64,000 bases of DNA, from positions 5,842 to 69,841 of the forward strand of contig JANMXL010000064.1 of assembly GCA_031380885.1 (NCBI GenBank). Direction: 5' to 3'. The stretch comes from Burkholderiales bacterium. Its GTDB lineage: Bacteria; Pseudomonadota; Gammaproteobacteria; Burkholderiales; Burkholderiaceae_C. The notes beneath the pieces were generated by a model. That model ran no database searches. It saw only the letters and a program-made list of their open reading frames with translations, and was not told the DNA's origin. Shown in pieces: positions 46,661 through 55,180 of this stretch (within the stretch, counting starts at the first letter, position 1; each line of letters starts with the position of its first letter). The position numbers and the translations under genes were made by a program.

Positions 46661-46988
46661 CTTGTTTTGGTGCAACTGTGCTTCAGCGCAGAGCCAACCG
46701 GTCAGACCTTCGGCACCGAGACGCTGGCGTTCACCAGGCTCAATCTGCTGCGCGCAGTGGAGCAGTGACAGCAGTCAATCTGCGGCTGAGCCAGATCACC
46801 ATCGAGCGGCTTCTGGACTGGGCCGATTGCATCGCCCGATACGACCGGCTGCACGCCCTTTTTCTACCTCGCCGGCCGTATTTCTCGACCGCTGGCTATG
46901 GGCTGGAATTCAGCGCGAAACAGGTTCACCGGGTGTTCAGCCGGGACTGCCGATTTGCCTGCATGCGAAGGGTGCGGTTCAGAAGGCA

Positions 46989-47873
46989 TCAAGCCCCCAG
47001 CTTCCACCCCAGCCACTCCCGCAGCACCAGCCGCACCCGCTCGAAGCCGGCCGAGGTTGGCAACCACGCCAGCTGCGGAATGTCGGCCTTCGTGGCCAGC
47101 CCCATCGGCGCGGCTTCGATGCGGATGCCGCTTTCGGCCGCCGCTGCGTCGAACAGCGCCTTGGCGCGCTGCATGTGCCAGCCGCGCGTCACCAGCAACA
47201 CATGGCGCACGCCTGCGGCCTGCAGCAGTGGCAGGCTGCGCACGGCGTTCTCACGGGTGTCGCGTGACTCGGCCTCGACCCAGCGCAGCGGGCGGCCGTA
47301 TTCCTGCGTGGCGATTCGCGCGGCCACGTCGGCCTCGGCCGCACCGCTTCCGTTGCCCCAACCGGTGCCGCCGCTGAAGCCGACCGGCCAGCCGGTTTCG
47401 CGGCCGAGCCACAGGCCGTAGCGCAGGCTCTCCAGCGAGTAATGCGACAGGCTGCTCATGCCGTATTCCGGCGCATACGGCTCGACCCCGCCACCCAGCA
47501 CCAGGATCGCGACCTCGCTGCGGCCATTGCGGTTGCTGGCGGCAGAAGCACCGGTTGCTGAGCGGCCCTCTGCACGCAGCGCGGCGATGCGCTCTGATCG
47601 CAGCGGTGGCGAGGCGGCGAGCAGCAGCGGCTCGATCACGTGGGCGAAGCCGGTGCAGGCGGTCAGCCACAGCCCGGCAACGCTGAGAGACACCACCAGC
47701 CAGCCCCAGCCACGGCGCGCCGGCATCAGCCGCGCACCGATCAGCACCGCCAGCAGCAGCGGCACCGGCGGCAGCAGCAGGGCGGTCAGCACGGGCTTCC
47801 AGGTCTCGATGCCGAGCAGGTTGATGAGGTCGTGCAAGCGGGGTTCCTTGGCCTCTGCGGGGACAATCTTCAT
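46989..47873 (-). CDS. YdcF/ElyC-family (DUF218) membrane protein
   Basis: N-terminal TM segments and a DUF218 core ('ILVLGGG', 'ESRDTRENA', 'LLVTRGWHMQRA'). Confidence 0.85.
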   Translation of the reverse strand: MKIVPAEAKEPRLHDLINLLGIETWKPVLTALLLPPVPLLLAVLIGARLMPARRGWGWLVVSLSVAGLWLTACTGFAHVIEPLLLAASPPLRSERIAALRAEGRSATGASAASNRNGRSEVAILVLGGGVEPYAPEYGMSSLSHYSLESLRYGLWLGRETGWPVGFSGGTGWGNGSGAAEADVAARIATQEYGRPLRWVEAESRDTRENAVRSLPLLQAAGVRHVLLVTRGWHMQRAKALFDAAAAESGIRIEAAPMGLATKADIPQLAWLPTSAGFERVRLVLREWLGWKLGA

Positions 47874-47952
47874 TGTGAGCGAGCGTGAGCGCATGACACG
47901 ATAGGCAGCTGGGCCCGTGGCATCGCTCGGTTGATGTGGCAGGAGACAAGCA

Positions 47953-50900
47953 GTGAAGTGGTTTCGGCGTTTCGGTTGGGCGGGTGGGGCGTTGACCGTG
48001 TTGTGGGTGCTGGCGTGGGCGATCGTGCCGCCGGTGCTGAAGTCGCAGGCGCAGCAACGCCTCGGTGAAGCGCTCGGTCGCAGCGTGACGCTGGGCGGGG
48101 TCAGCTTCAGCCCCTGGTCGCTCGAACTGACGCTGCGCGACATCGTGATCGGCGGCGCGCCCGGTGACGCGAAGGCGCTGCCGCTGCTCAAGGTGGCGCG
48201 GCTGTATGTCAACGCCGACATCAGTTCGCTGCTGCACGCCGCGCCGGTGGTCGAGGCGTTCGAGATCGACGCCCCCGAACTGCGCGTTGCGCGCACCGCA
48301 CCGGGCCACTACGACATCGACGACCTGATCGCTCGCCTTCAAGCCACCACGCCCGAGCCGCCGCCCTCGGAGCCGTTGCGCTTCGCCCTCTACAACTTGA
48401 AGGTCAGCAATGCGGCGGTGTACGTCGATGACCGCCCGGTGCATCAGCAGCACAGGCTCGAAGCACTGAACCTGGGGCTTCCCTTCCTCGCCAACCTGCC
48501 GTCGACGATCGATGTGAAGGTCGAGCCGCGGCTCGCTTTTCGCTTCAACGGCACCCCGTTCGACACCGGCGCGCAGGCCACACCGTTCGCGCAGACCCGG
48601 CAGGCGACGCTGCAGTTGAAGATGGGCGAGCTCGACCTGCTGCCCTACATCGGCTACCTGCCCGAATCGCTGCCGGTGCGTTTGCGCGGCGGCAGCGTCG
48701 CGGCTGATCTGGTGCTGGACTTCGCGATGCCGCTCCATGCCGAGCCCAGCGCCGCCCTGCGTGGCAGTGTCGGCGTCAACAACCTGGCGCTGGACGACGC
48801 TGCGGGCGCGCCGCTGCTGGAATGGAAACGTCTGGCGGTGGCGTTGCGCGAAGTCAGGCCGCTGCACCGCGAGCTGGCTTTCGGTGCCATCGAACTCGAC
48901 GCGCCCACATTGCATGTGAACCGCGACGCGGCGGGCCGCTTGAACCTGGCCACACTTGCTGGCACGCCATCGAAGGCCGCTGCGGCGCCTGCGGTCGTGG
49001 CTTCGGCTGTCACGACATCGCGCGCACACGCCGCGCCATGGAAGGTGCAGGTCGATGCCTTGCGGCTCAACGGCCTGAACGTGCTGTGGGCCGATGCGAG
49101 CGTGTCGCCACCGGCCGCGCTGGCGCTGCAAGCGGTTGATTTGAAGGCCGGTCCGCTGGCCTATCCCTTCGCAGCGGATGGCGCGATGCCGCTGAGCCTG
49201 CAAGCCACGCTGGCCGGGTCGGCGGCGGGTGCACCAGCACAGGGCAGCCTCACGGTTGATGGGCGCGCCAGCGACCGGCAGGCGCAGCTCGATGTCAAGC
49301 TGAGCGCATTCGCATTGGAGGCCTTGGCGCCTTACGTGTCGCAGTCGCTGCCAGCCCAGGTGAGTGGCAGGCTGGCCGCATCGGCGCAGCTGAACTGGGC
49401 AGCGGGCGACGCGCCCAAGCTCACGGTCGCGCATGGCGAGATCACGCTCGACGATCTGCAGATTGCCGATCGCGTCGTCGCGCCCGCCAAGGGCAAGCCA
49501 GCCTCGACGCCGCCCGCCATTGCGTTGAAGCAGTTCGCGGTGCAGGGTGCGGATGTCGATGTGCTGGCGCGCAGCGTCACGCTGGCCAGCGTCAAGGTCA
49601 CGCAGCCAGCGCTGGCGATGTCGCGTGACCGCGAAGGCGTGTGGAATGCGCAGCGCTGGATCAAGACCACTGCACCGGCCGCTGCGCCAGCACGCCCTGT
49701 CGCTGCTTTTGCGACGACACCTGCGTCGGCACCCGCGCCTGCACCGGCGTCGGGAGGCGATGTCGGCTGGCGCGTCGATCTGCGCGATGTCGGCATCGAT
49801 GGCGGATCGTTGCGCCTCGACGATGCTTATGTGGTCGGCCTTCCCGACACCGAGCCGGTGCGCATCGATGTGCGCGCGATCCAGCTCGCCGTGCAAGCCT
49901 TGACGCTGAACGGCGCCCGCACCATCGCACCAGCCAAGGTGCAGTTCAGCGCCCGCCTGCTCGGCCCGCGCGACATCGATCAGGCGGCCAGCCAGGCCAG
50001 CGACAAATCGCCGGCGGTGGCGCTGGGCGCCGCGACGTCGGGCGTGCTGGACTGGCGCGGCCAGCTCGGCCTGCAGCCGCTGATGGCCAAGGGCGCGCTG
50101 ACGCTCGATCGCTTTCCGTTGCAGGCGTTCGAGCCCTATGTGCGCGACCAGTTGCCAGTGCGCCTGCTGCGTGCCGAGACGGGCATCAAGGCCAGTGTGT
50201 CGGTCAAGGCGCTGCCCGCGGGGCTGGACATTGGTGTCACCGGCGACGTGCTGCTGGCCGACGTGCTGGTGCACAGTCGGCCGGCTGCTGGCGCCAAGCC
50301 TGGGTTCGGCAACACTGATGAGCTGCTGAGTTGGCAGTCGCTCAAGCTCAGTGGCGTCACCCTGGCGATGGCGCCCGGGCGCGCGCCGGTGATCGACATC
50401 ACTGAAGCAGCGCTGGCCGATTTCTATTCCCGTCTGGTGATCACCGAAGACGGGCGCTTCAACCTGCAGGACATGTCGGCGAGCCGGGCTGCGGCGCCGG
50501 GTGACGCGGCCAGTGCGCCGGTGGCAACGCAGGCACCACCCGCGCCCTCTGCCGTGACCGCGAGCCCCGCGGCTTCGGCCGCTTCCGGTGTGGCCGCCAT
50601 CGCCGCGACCCCGGCGACGCCGATGCAGCTGAGCATCGGTGCGACCCAGCTCGCCAACGGCCGCGTCGACTTCAGCGATCACTTCGTTCGGCCCAACTAC
50701 AGCGCCGAGCTGACCGAACTGAACGGCAGCCTGGGCGCGTTCCGTTCGGGCTCGCGCGAGATGGCCACGCTGGCGCTGCACGGCCGCGCGGCTGGCACCG
50801 CGCTGCTCGACATCTCCGGGCAGCTGAACCCGACGGCCCAGCCGCTGGCGCTGAACATCCGCGCGAAAGCGACCGACCTCGAACTGGCACCGTTCTCGCC

Positions 50901-51840
50901 GTACGCGGGCAAGTACGCCGGCTACGCGATCGAGCGCGGCAAACTCAGCATGGACGTGTCGTACGCGATCACTGCCGATGGCCGCCTGGAGGCGAAGAAC
51001 CAGGTGATCCTGAACCAGCTGACCTTCGGCGAGCGCATCGACAGCCCAAGCGCCACCAAGCTGCCGGTGCTGCTGGCGGTGGCGCTGTTGACCGACCGCC
51101 ACGGCGTGATCGACCTCAACCTGCCGATCAGCGGCTCGCTGAACGACCCACAGTTCAGCGTCGCCGGCATCATCGTCAAGGTCATCTTCAACCTGATCGA
51201 AAAAGCCATTACCGCGCCTTTCTCGCTGATGTTCGGTGGCGGCAGTGAAGACCTCAGCGAAGTGGCCTTCGGTGTCGGCGTGCCGTATGTCACCGAGTCC
51301 GGTGCCGCGGCGCTGGACAAGGTGGCGCAGGCACTGGCCGATCGGCCCTCGCTGAAGATGACGGTGACCGGCGTGTCCGATCCGGCCACCGATCGCGACG
51401 GCTATGTGCAGGCGGCGCTCAATGCGCGCCTGGCGCAGGAACGCAAGAAGGAGGCGGCGCGCTCCGGTGCGGCAGCCACGGCGGCCCCTGCGCCCACGGC
51501 GCCGGTGGTCGCTTTGGTATTCGGCGCGGGCGAGCGCGATGAGCTGCTGAAGGCGGTCTACAAGGACACCGACATCCCGGACAAGCCGCGCAACCTGGTC
51601 GGGCTGGCCAAGAGTCTGCCACCTGCTGAAATGGAAGCCTTGCTGAAATCGACCATCGAAGTCACGTCCGATGCGATGCGCCAGCTGGCGCTGCAACGCG
51701 GCCTGGCGGTGCGCGATGCGCTGGTCGCCAAGGGCTTGCCGAGCGAGCGGCTGTTCATCGCGGCGCCGAAGGTGCGCAGCGCGGCCGACGGTGCCGAAGC
51801 CTGGCTGCCGAGCGCCAAGCTGTCGCTGACCAATGACTGA
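47953..51840 (+). CDS. very large DUF748-family exported/membrane-anchored protein (AsmA-like architecture)
   Basis: 1295 aa. N-terminal anchor 'GGALTVLWVLAWAIV', repetitive beta-rich body, DUF748-like 'FSDHFVRPNYSAELTELNG'. Confidence 0.75.
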   Translation: MKWFRRFGWAGGALTVLWVLAWAIVPPVLKSQAQQRLGEALGRSVTLGGVSFSPWSLELTLRDIVIGGAPGDAKALPLLKVARLYVNADISSLLHAAPVVEAFEIDAPELRVARTAPGHYDIDDLIARLQATTPEPPPSEPLRFALYNLKVSNAAVYVDDRPVHQQHRLEALNLGLPFLANLPSTIDVKVEPRLAFRFNGTPFDTGAQATPFAQTRQATLQLKMGELDLLPYIGYLPESLPVRLRGGSVAADLVLDFAMPLHAEPSAALRGSVGVNNLALDDAAGAPLLEWKRLAVALREVRPLHRELAFGAIELDAPTLHVNRDAAGRLNLATLAGTPSKAAAAPAVVASAVTTSRAHAAPWKVQVDALRLNGLNVLWADASVSPPAALALQAVDLKAGPLAYPFAADGAMPLSLQATLAGSAAGAPAQGSLTVDGRASDRQAQLDVKLSAFALEALAPYVSQSLPAQVSGRLAASAQLNWAAGDAPKLTVAHGEITLDDLQIADRVVAPAKGKPASTPPAIALKQFAVQGADVDVLARSVTLASVKVTQPALAMSRDREGVWNAQRWIKTTAPAAAPARPVAAFATTPASAPAPAPASGGDVGWRVDLRDVGIDGGSLRLDDAYVVGLPDTEPVRIDVRAIQLAVQALTLNGARTIAPAKVQFSARLLGPRDIDQAASQASDKSPAVALGAATSGVLDWRGQLGLQPLMAKGALTLDRFPLQAFEPYVRDQLPVRLLRAETGIKASVSVKALPAGLDIGVTGDVLLADVLVHSRPAAGAKPGFGNTDELLSWQSLKLSGVTLAMAPGRAPVIDITEAALADFYSRLVITEDGRFNLQDMSASRAAAPGDAASAPVATQAPPAPSAVTASPAASAASGVAAIAATPATPMQLSIGATQLANGRVDFSDHFVRPNYSAELTELNGSLGAFRSGSREMATLALHGRAAGTALLDISGQLNPTAQPLALNIRAKATDLELAPFSPYAGKYAGYAIERGKLSMDVSYAITADGRLEAKNQVILNQLTFGERIDSPSATKLPVLLAVALLTDRHGVIDLNLPISGSLNDPQFSVAGIIVKVIFNLIEKAITAPFSLMFGGGSEDLSEVAFGVGVPYVTESGAAALDKVAQALADRPSLKMTVTGVSDPATDRDGYVQAALNARLAQERKKEAARSGAAATAAPAPTAPVVALVFGAGERDELLKAVYKDTDIPDKPRNLVGLAKSLPPAEMEALLKSTIEVTSDAMRQLALQRGLAVRDALVAKGLPSERLFIAAPKVRSAADGAEAWLPSAKLSLTND

Positions 51841-53992
51841 CGCCTTGAACGTGCGCCGCGTCTTCAGGCTTCGCATTCAGGCAGTGCTGTCGGGTGCCGC
51901 TGTGCTCGCGTTGGTGTGCGATGCCCACGCTCAAGCGGGCCCGCCCGCCACGGTGCTTGACACTGTCGTTATCTCGGGCCAGCGGGCGCGCGAGCCCTCG
52001 TTCGACGTGCCCTCGGCGATCTCGGCTGTGACCCGTGACGCGATCGAGAACGCCGGCCCGCAGGTCAGTCTGGCCGAGGTGTTGAACCGGGTGCCGGGCA
52101 TCTCGGTGTTGAACCGCAACAACGACGCGCAGGATCTGCAGATGTCGATCCGCGGCTTCGGCGCGCGCTCGACCTTCGGCATCCGCGGCGTCAAGGTGCT
52201 GGTCGATGGCATCCCGGCGACGATGCCCGACGGCCAGGGCCAGGTGTCGAATGTGGCGCTGGGTTCTGTCGGGCGCATCGAGGTGCTGCGCGGCCCGTTG
52301 GCGCAGCTGTACGGCAATGCCGCCGGTGGCGTGGTGCAGGTGTTCACCGAGGACGATGCGCTGGTGCCGACGGGCACGTTCAGCGCCACGCGCAGCCGCT
52401 TTGGGCTGTGGAAGCTCGGCGTCAAGGCCAGCACCAGCACGCCCGCTTACGGCTTGACGATCGAAGGCGCCGAATTCCACACCGATGGGTTCCGCCCGCA
52501 CAGCGAGTCCACGCGGCGCCAGCTGAATGCGCGCTGGCAAAGCCAATGGACAGCCGACACCCATGTCGCCGTGGTGCTCAACGTGCTCGACCAGCCGATG
52601 TCGAAAGACCCGCTGGGCTTGACCGCCGCGCAGTTCCGCAGCCACCGCGCGGGCAGCAACCCGGCCTACCTCGCGGCGCTGGCGCAGGACCCGCGCAAGA
52701 CGGTGCGGCAGCAGCAGGTGGGCACCTCGATCGAGCACCGCTTGAGCGACGCCACTGCGCTGTCGGCGCGGGTCTACATCGGCTCGCGCGAGCTGGCGAA
52801 CGCGCTGTCGATCCCGATCGCGGCGCAGGGCACGCCGACGTCGAGCGGCGGCATCGTGGACTTCGACCGCACCTACGGCGGCGCGGCGCTTCAGGGCAAC
52901 CACCGCATCGCACTCGGCGACGGCCGCGCTTTGAAGCTGACCGCAGGCGTCGAGGTGGAAACCTACCGCGAAGACCGCCAGGGCTACGTCAACACGCGTG
53001 GCGAGCGCGGTGCCCTGAAGCGCGACGAGGTCAACACCGTGCGCAGCACCGATGTGTTCGTGCAAGCGGCCTACGACCTGACCTCCACGTGGACGCTGAC
53101 CGCCGGCGCGCGGCACAGCCATGTCAGGTTCGACTCCGCCGACCGCTACATCGCTGCGGGCAACCCCGACGACAGCGGCCGGCTCGCTTTCAGCGCGACC
53201 AACCCGGTGGCAGGCCTCGCCTGGAAGGCGACGCCGACGCTCAATCTGTACGCCAATATCGGCCGCGGTCTCGAGACGCCGACCGTCAATGAGCTGTCGT
53301 ACCGACCGGGTGGCCAGACGGGTCTCAACACCGACTTGAAAGCCTCGCGCAGCCGCCACGCCGAGGTCGGCGCGAAGTGGAAGATCAGCAACTACCAGCG
53401 CCTTGATGTGGCGGTGTTCGACATCGAGACCGACGACGAGCTCGTCGTTGCCAGCAACGCAGGCGGCCGCTCGACCTTCAAGAACGCCGGGCGCACCTCG
53501 CGGCGCGGCATCGAGCTGTCGCACGATGCCCAGCTCAGCGACACCTTGCACAGCGTCGTCAGCCTGACCGCGCTGCGCGCACGCTTCGACGACGCGTTCG
53601 TCAGCGGCTCGGGCAGCGGCGCTGCCCTGGTGCGCGCCGGCAACCGATTGCCCGGCACGCCTGATCGCCATCTGTACGCCGAACTCGCCTGGACCCCGAA
53701 TCAGCCCTGGGGCGGCTTCAGCGCTGCGGCCGAAGGGGTGCACACCGGCCGGCTGTACGTCAACGACACGAACACCGACGCCACCTCGACCCGCACGCTG
53801 TTCAACCTGCGCGCCCGCTGGAAGCAGACCGTCGGTGGCTGGCAGTTCAGCGAGCTGTTGCGCATCGACAACCTGACGAATCGGTATGACGCCGGATCGG
53901 TCATCGTCAACGAAGGCGCTGGTCGCTACTTCGAGACCGCACTGCCGCGCACCTGGACCGCCGGCATCACCGCGACGTACGCCTGGCAGTGA
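51833..53992 (+). CDS. TonB-dependent receptor
   Basis: Signal peptide, plug 'LDTVVISGQR' and 'IEVLRGP', C-terminal aromatic 'TATYAWQ'. 8-nt overlap with the DUF748 gene. Confidence 0.9.
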   Translation: MTDALNVRRVFRLRIQAVLSGAAVLALVCDAHAQAGPPATVLDTVVISGQRAREPSFDVPSAISAVTRDAIENAGPQVSLAEVLNRVPGISVLNRNNDAQDLQMSIRGFGARSTFGIRGVKVLVDGIPATMPDGQGQVSNVALGSVGRIEVLRGPLAQLYGNAAGGVVQVFTEDDALVPTGTFSATRSRFGLWKLGVKASTSTPAYGLTIEGAEFHTDGFRPHSESTRRQLNARWQSQWTADTHVAVVLNVLDQPMSKDPLGLTAAQFRSHRAGSNPAYLAALAQDPRKTVRQQQVGTSIEHRLSDATALSARVYIGSRELANALSIPIAAQGTPTSSGGIVDFDRTYGGAALQGNHRIALGDGRALKLTAGVEVETYREDRQGYVNTRGERGALKRDEVNTVRSTDVFVQAAYDLTSTWTLTAGARHSHVRFDSADRYIAAGNPDDSGRLAFSATNPVAGLAWKATPTLNLYANIGRGLETPTVNELSYRPGGQTGLNTDLKASRSRHAEVGAKWKISNYQRLDVAVFDIETDDELVVASNAGGRSTFKNAGRTSRRGIELSHDAQLSDTLHSVVSLTALRARFDDAFVSGSGSGAALVRAGNRLPGTPDRHLYAELAWTPNQPWGGFSAAAEGVHTGRLYVNDTNTDATSTRTLFNLRARWKQTVGGWQFSELLRIDNLTNRYDAGSVIVNEGAGRYFETALPRTWTAGITATYAWQ

Positions 53993-54077
53993 CCACCGGA
54001 AAGAATGCCCGGCCCACGGCGACCCAGGGTCTTGGATTGCTTCCGATAATCCGCACATCAGATCGAAGGAGATGGTC

Positions 54078-54614
54078 ATGGCACAAGAAGTCATCACACT
54101 GGGCGGCGGTTGTTTCTGGTGCACCGAGGCGGTGTTTGAGCAGGTTGAAGGCGTCACCGCGGTCGAATCGGGCTACAGCAATGGCCAAGTCGCCAGGCCC
54201 ACGTACGAGCAGGTCTGCAGTGGCAACACCGGCTGCGTCGAGGTGATCCGCGTGGCTTTCGACAACGAGCGCATCAGCCTGCGCGAGGTGCTGGAGATCT
54301 TCTTCGTGATCCACGACCCGACCACGCTGAACCGCCAGGGTGCCGACACCGGCACCCAGTACCGCTCGGGCATCTACTTCCATCGGCCGGAGCAAGAGGC
54401 CGTGGCCCGCGAGGTGATGGACGAGGTCGACCAGAAGGTGGCCGGCAAGCTGGTCACCGAGCTGCTGCCGGTGGCCGACTATTCACGCGCCGAGGATGAC
54501 CACCAGCACTACTACGCGAACCACCCGACCCAGGGCTATTGCGCGATGGTCGCTGCGCCGAAGATCGAGAAATTCCGCAAGACCTTCGCCAGCCGGGTCA
54601 AGCAGACCGCGTGA
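54078..54614 (+). CDS. msrA: peptide-methionine (S)-S-oxide reductase
   Basis: 'GGGCFWCTEAVF' active site. AAGGAG sits 6 nt upstream of the chosen ATG. Confidence 0.95.
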   Translation: MAQEVITLGGGCFWCTEAVFEQVEGVTAVESGYSNGQVARPTYEQVCSGNTGCVEVIRVAFDNERISLREVLEIFFVIHDPTTLNRQGADTGTQYRSGIYFHRPEQEAVAREVMDEVDQKVAGKLVTELLPVADYSRAEDDHQHYYANHPTQGYCAMVAAPKIEKFRKTFASRVKQTA

Positions 54615-55018
54615 TGAAGACCGCCTGGCCCCGCGTGGCCTTCGCTGCGGCGCTGTGGTTAAGCGCGCTGCTGGTGCAATCGATCGGGTTGCTGCACGGC
54701 TATGTGCATCCGCAGGGCGGATACGCCCACCAGGCCGGGCAGGCGCAGGCCGGTGTGCGCCTCGGCGCTGACCCCGAGGCGATCACGGCAGCGCAGCCAG
54801 CGCACGGCTGGCTGCAGGCGATGTTTGCCGGTCACCACGGCGGCAGCGCCGGTTGCACCCTGTTCGATCAGCTGACGCACGCCGACCTCCTGCACGACCT
54901 GCCGGTGCTTGCCCTCGCCTTTGCGGCGCCGGTTCAACCCGACGCCGTCCATGCCGCGTGGCACCACGCCACGCAAGTCACGGGCTTCCTCGCCCGCGCA
55001 CCGCCCGCGATCGGCTGA
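54614..55018 (+). CDS. small exported His-rich protein, DUF2946-like
   Basis: Signal/TM N-terminus, several His and a single Cys ('GHHGGSAGCTLFDQL'). Positioned ahead of a TonB-dependent receptor, as I recall DUF2946 genes usually are. The family call is tentative. Confidence 0.45.
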   Translation: MKTAWPRVAFAAALWLSALLVQSIGLLHGYVHPQGGYAHQAGQAQAGVRLGADPEAITAAQPAHGWLQAMFAGHHGGSAGCTLFDQLTHADLLHDLPVLALAFAAPVQPDAVHAAWHHATQVTGFLARAPPAIG

Positions 55019-55180
55019 ATGGCGCTTGCCCGGCCGCTGGCCGGGCTCACACGCGCGTTCTGACTCCCTCACGCACGCCGCTGTCCGCGACGGACCGCGG
55101 TGTCACCTTATTCAAAGCGTCATCGGTGCGCCGGGCCTTCAGGTCGCGCGTCGGTGTTCGCATGTTCCGAGTTCCTCATC

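Noticed and set aside
47251-51876. 1541-aa minus-strand ORF
   Set aside because: It is antisense to the DUF748 gene. The composition is Arg/Gly/Ala-rich and repetitive, with no motifs. It is a shadow ORF.
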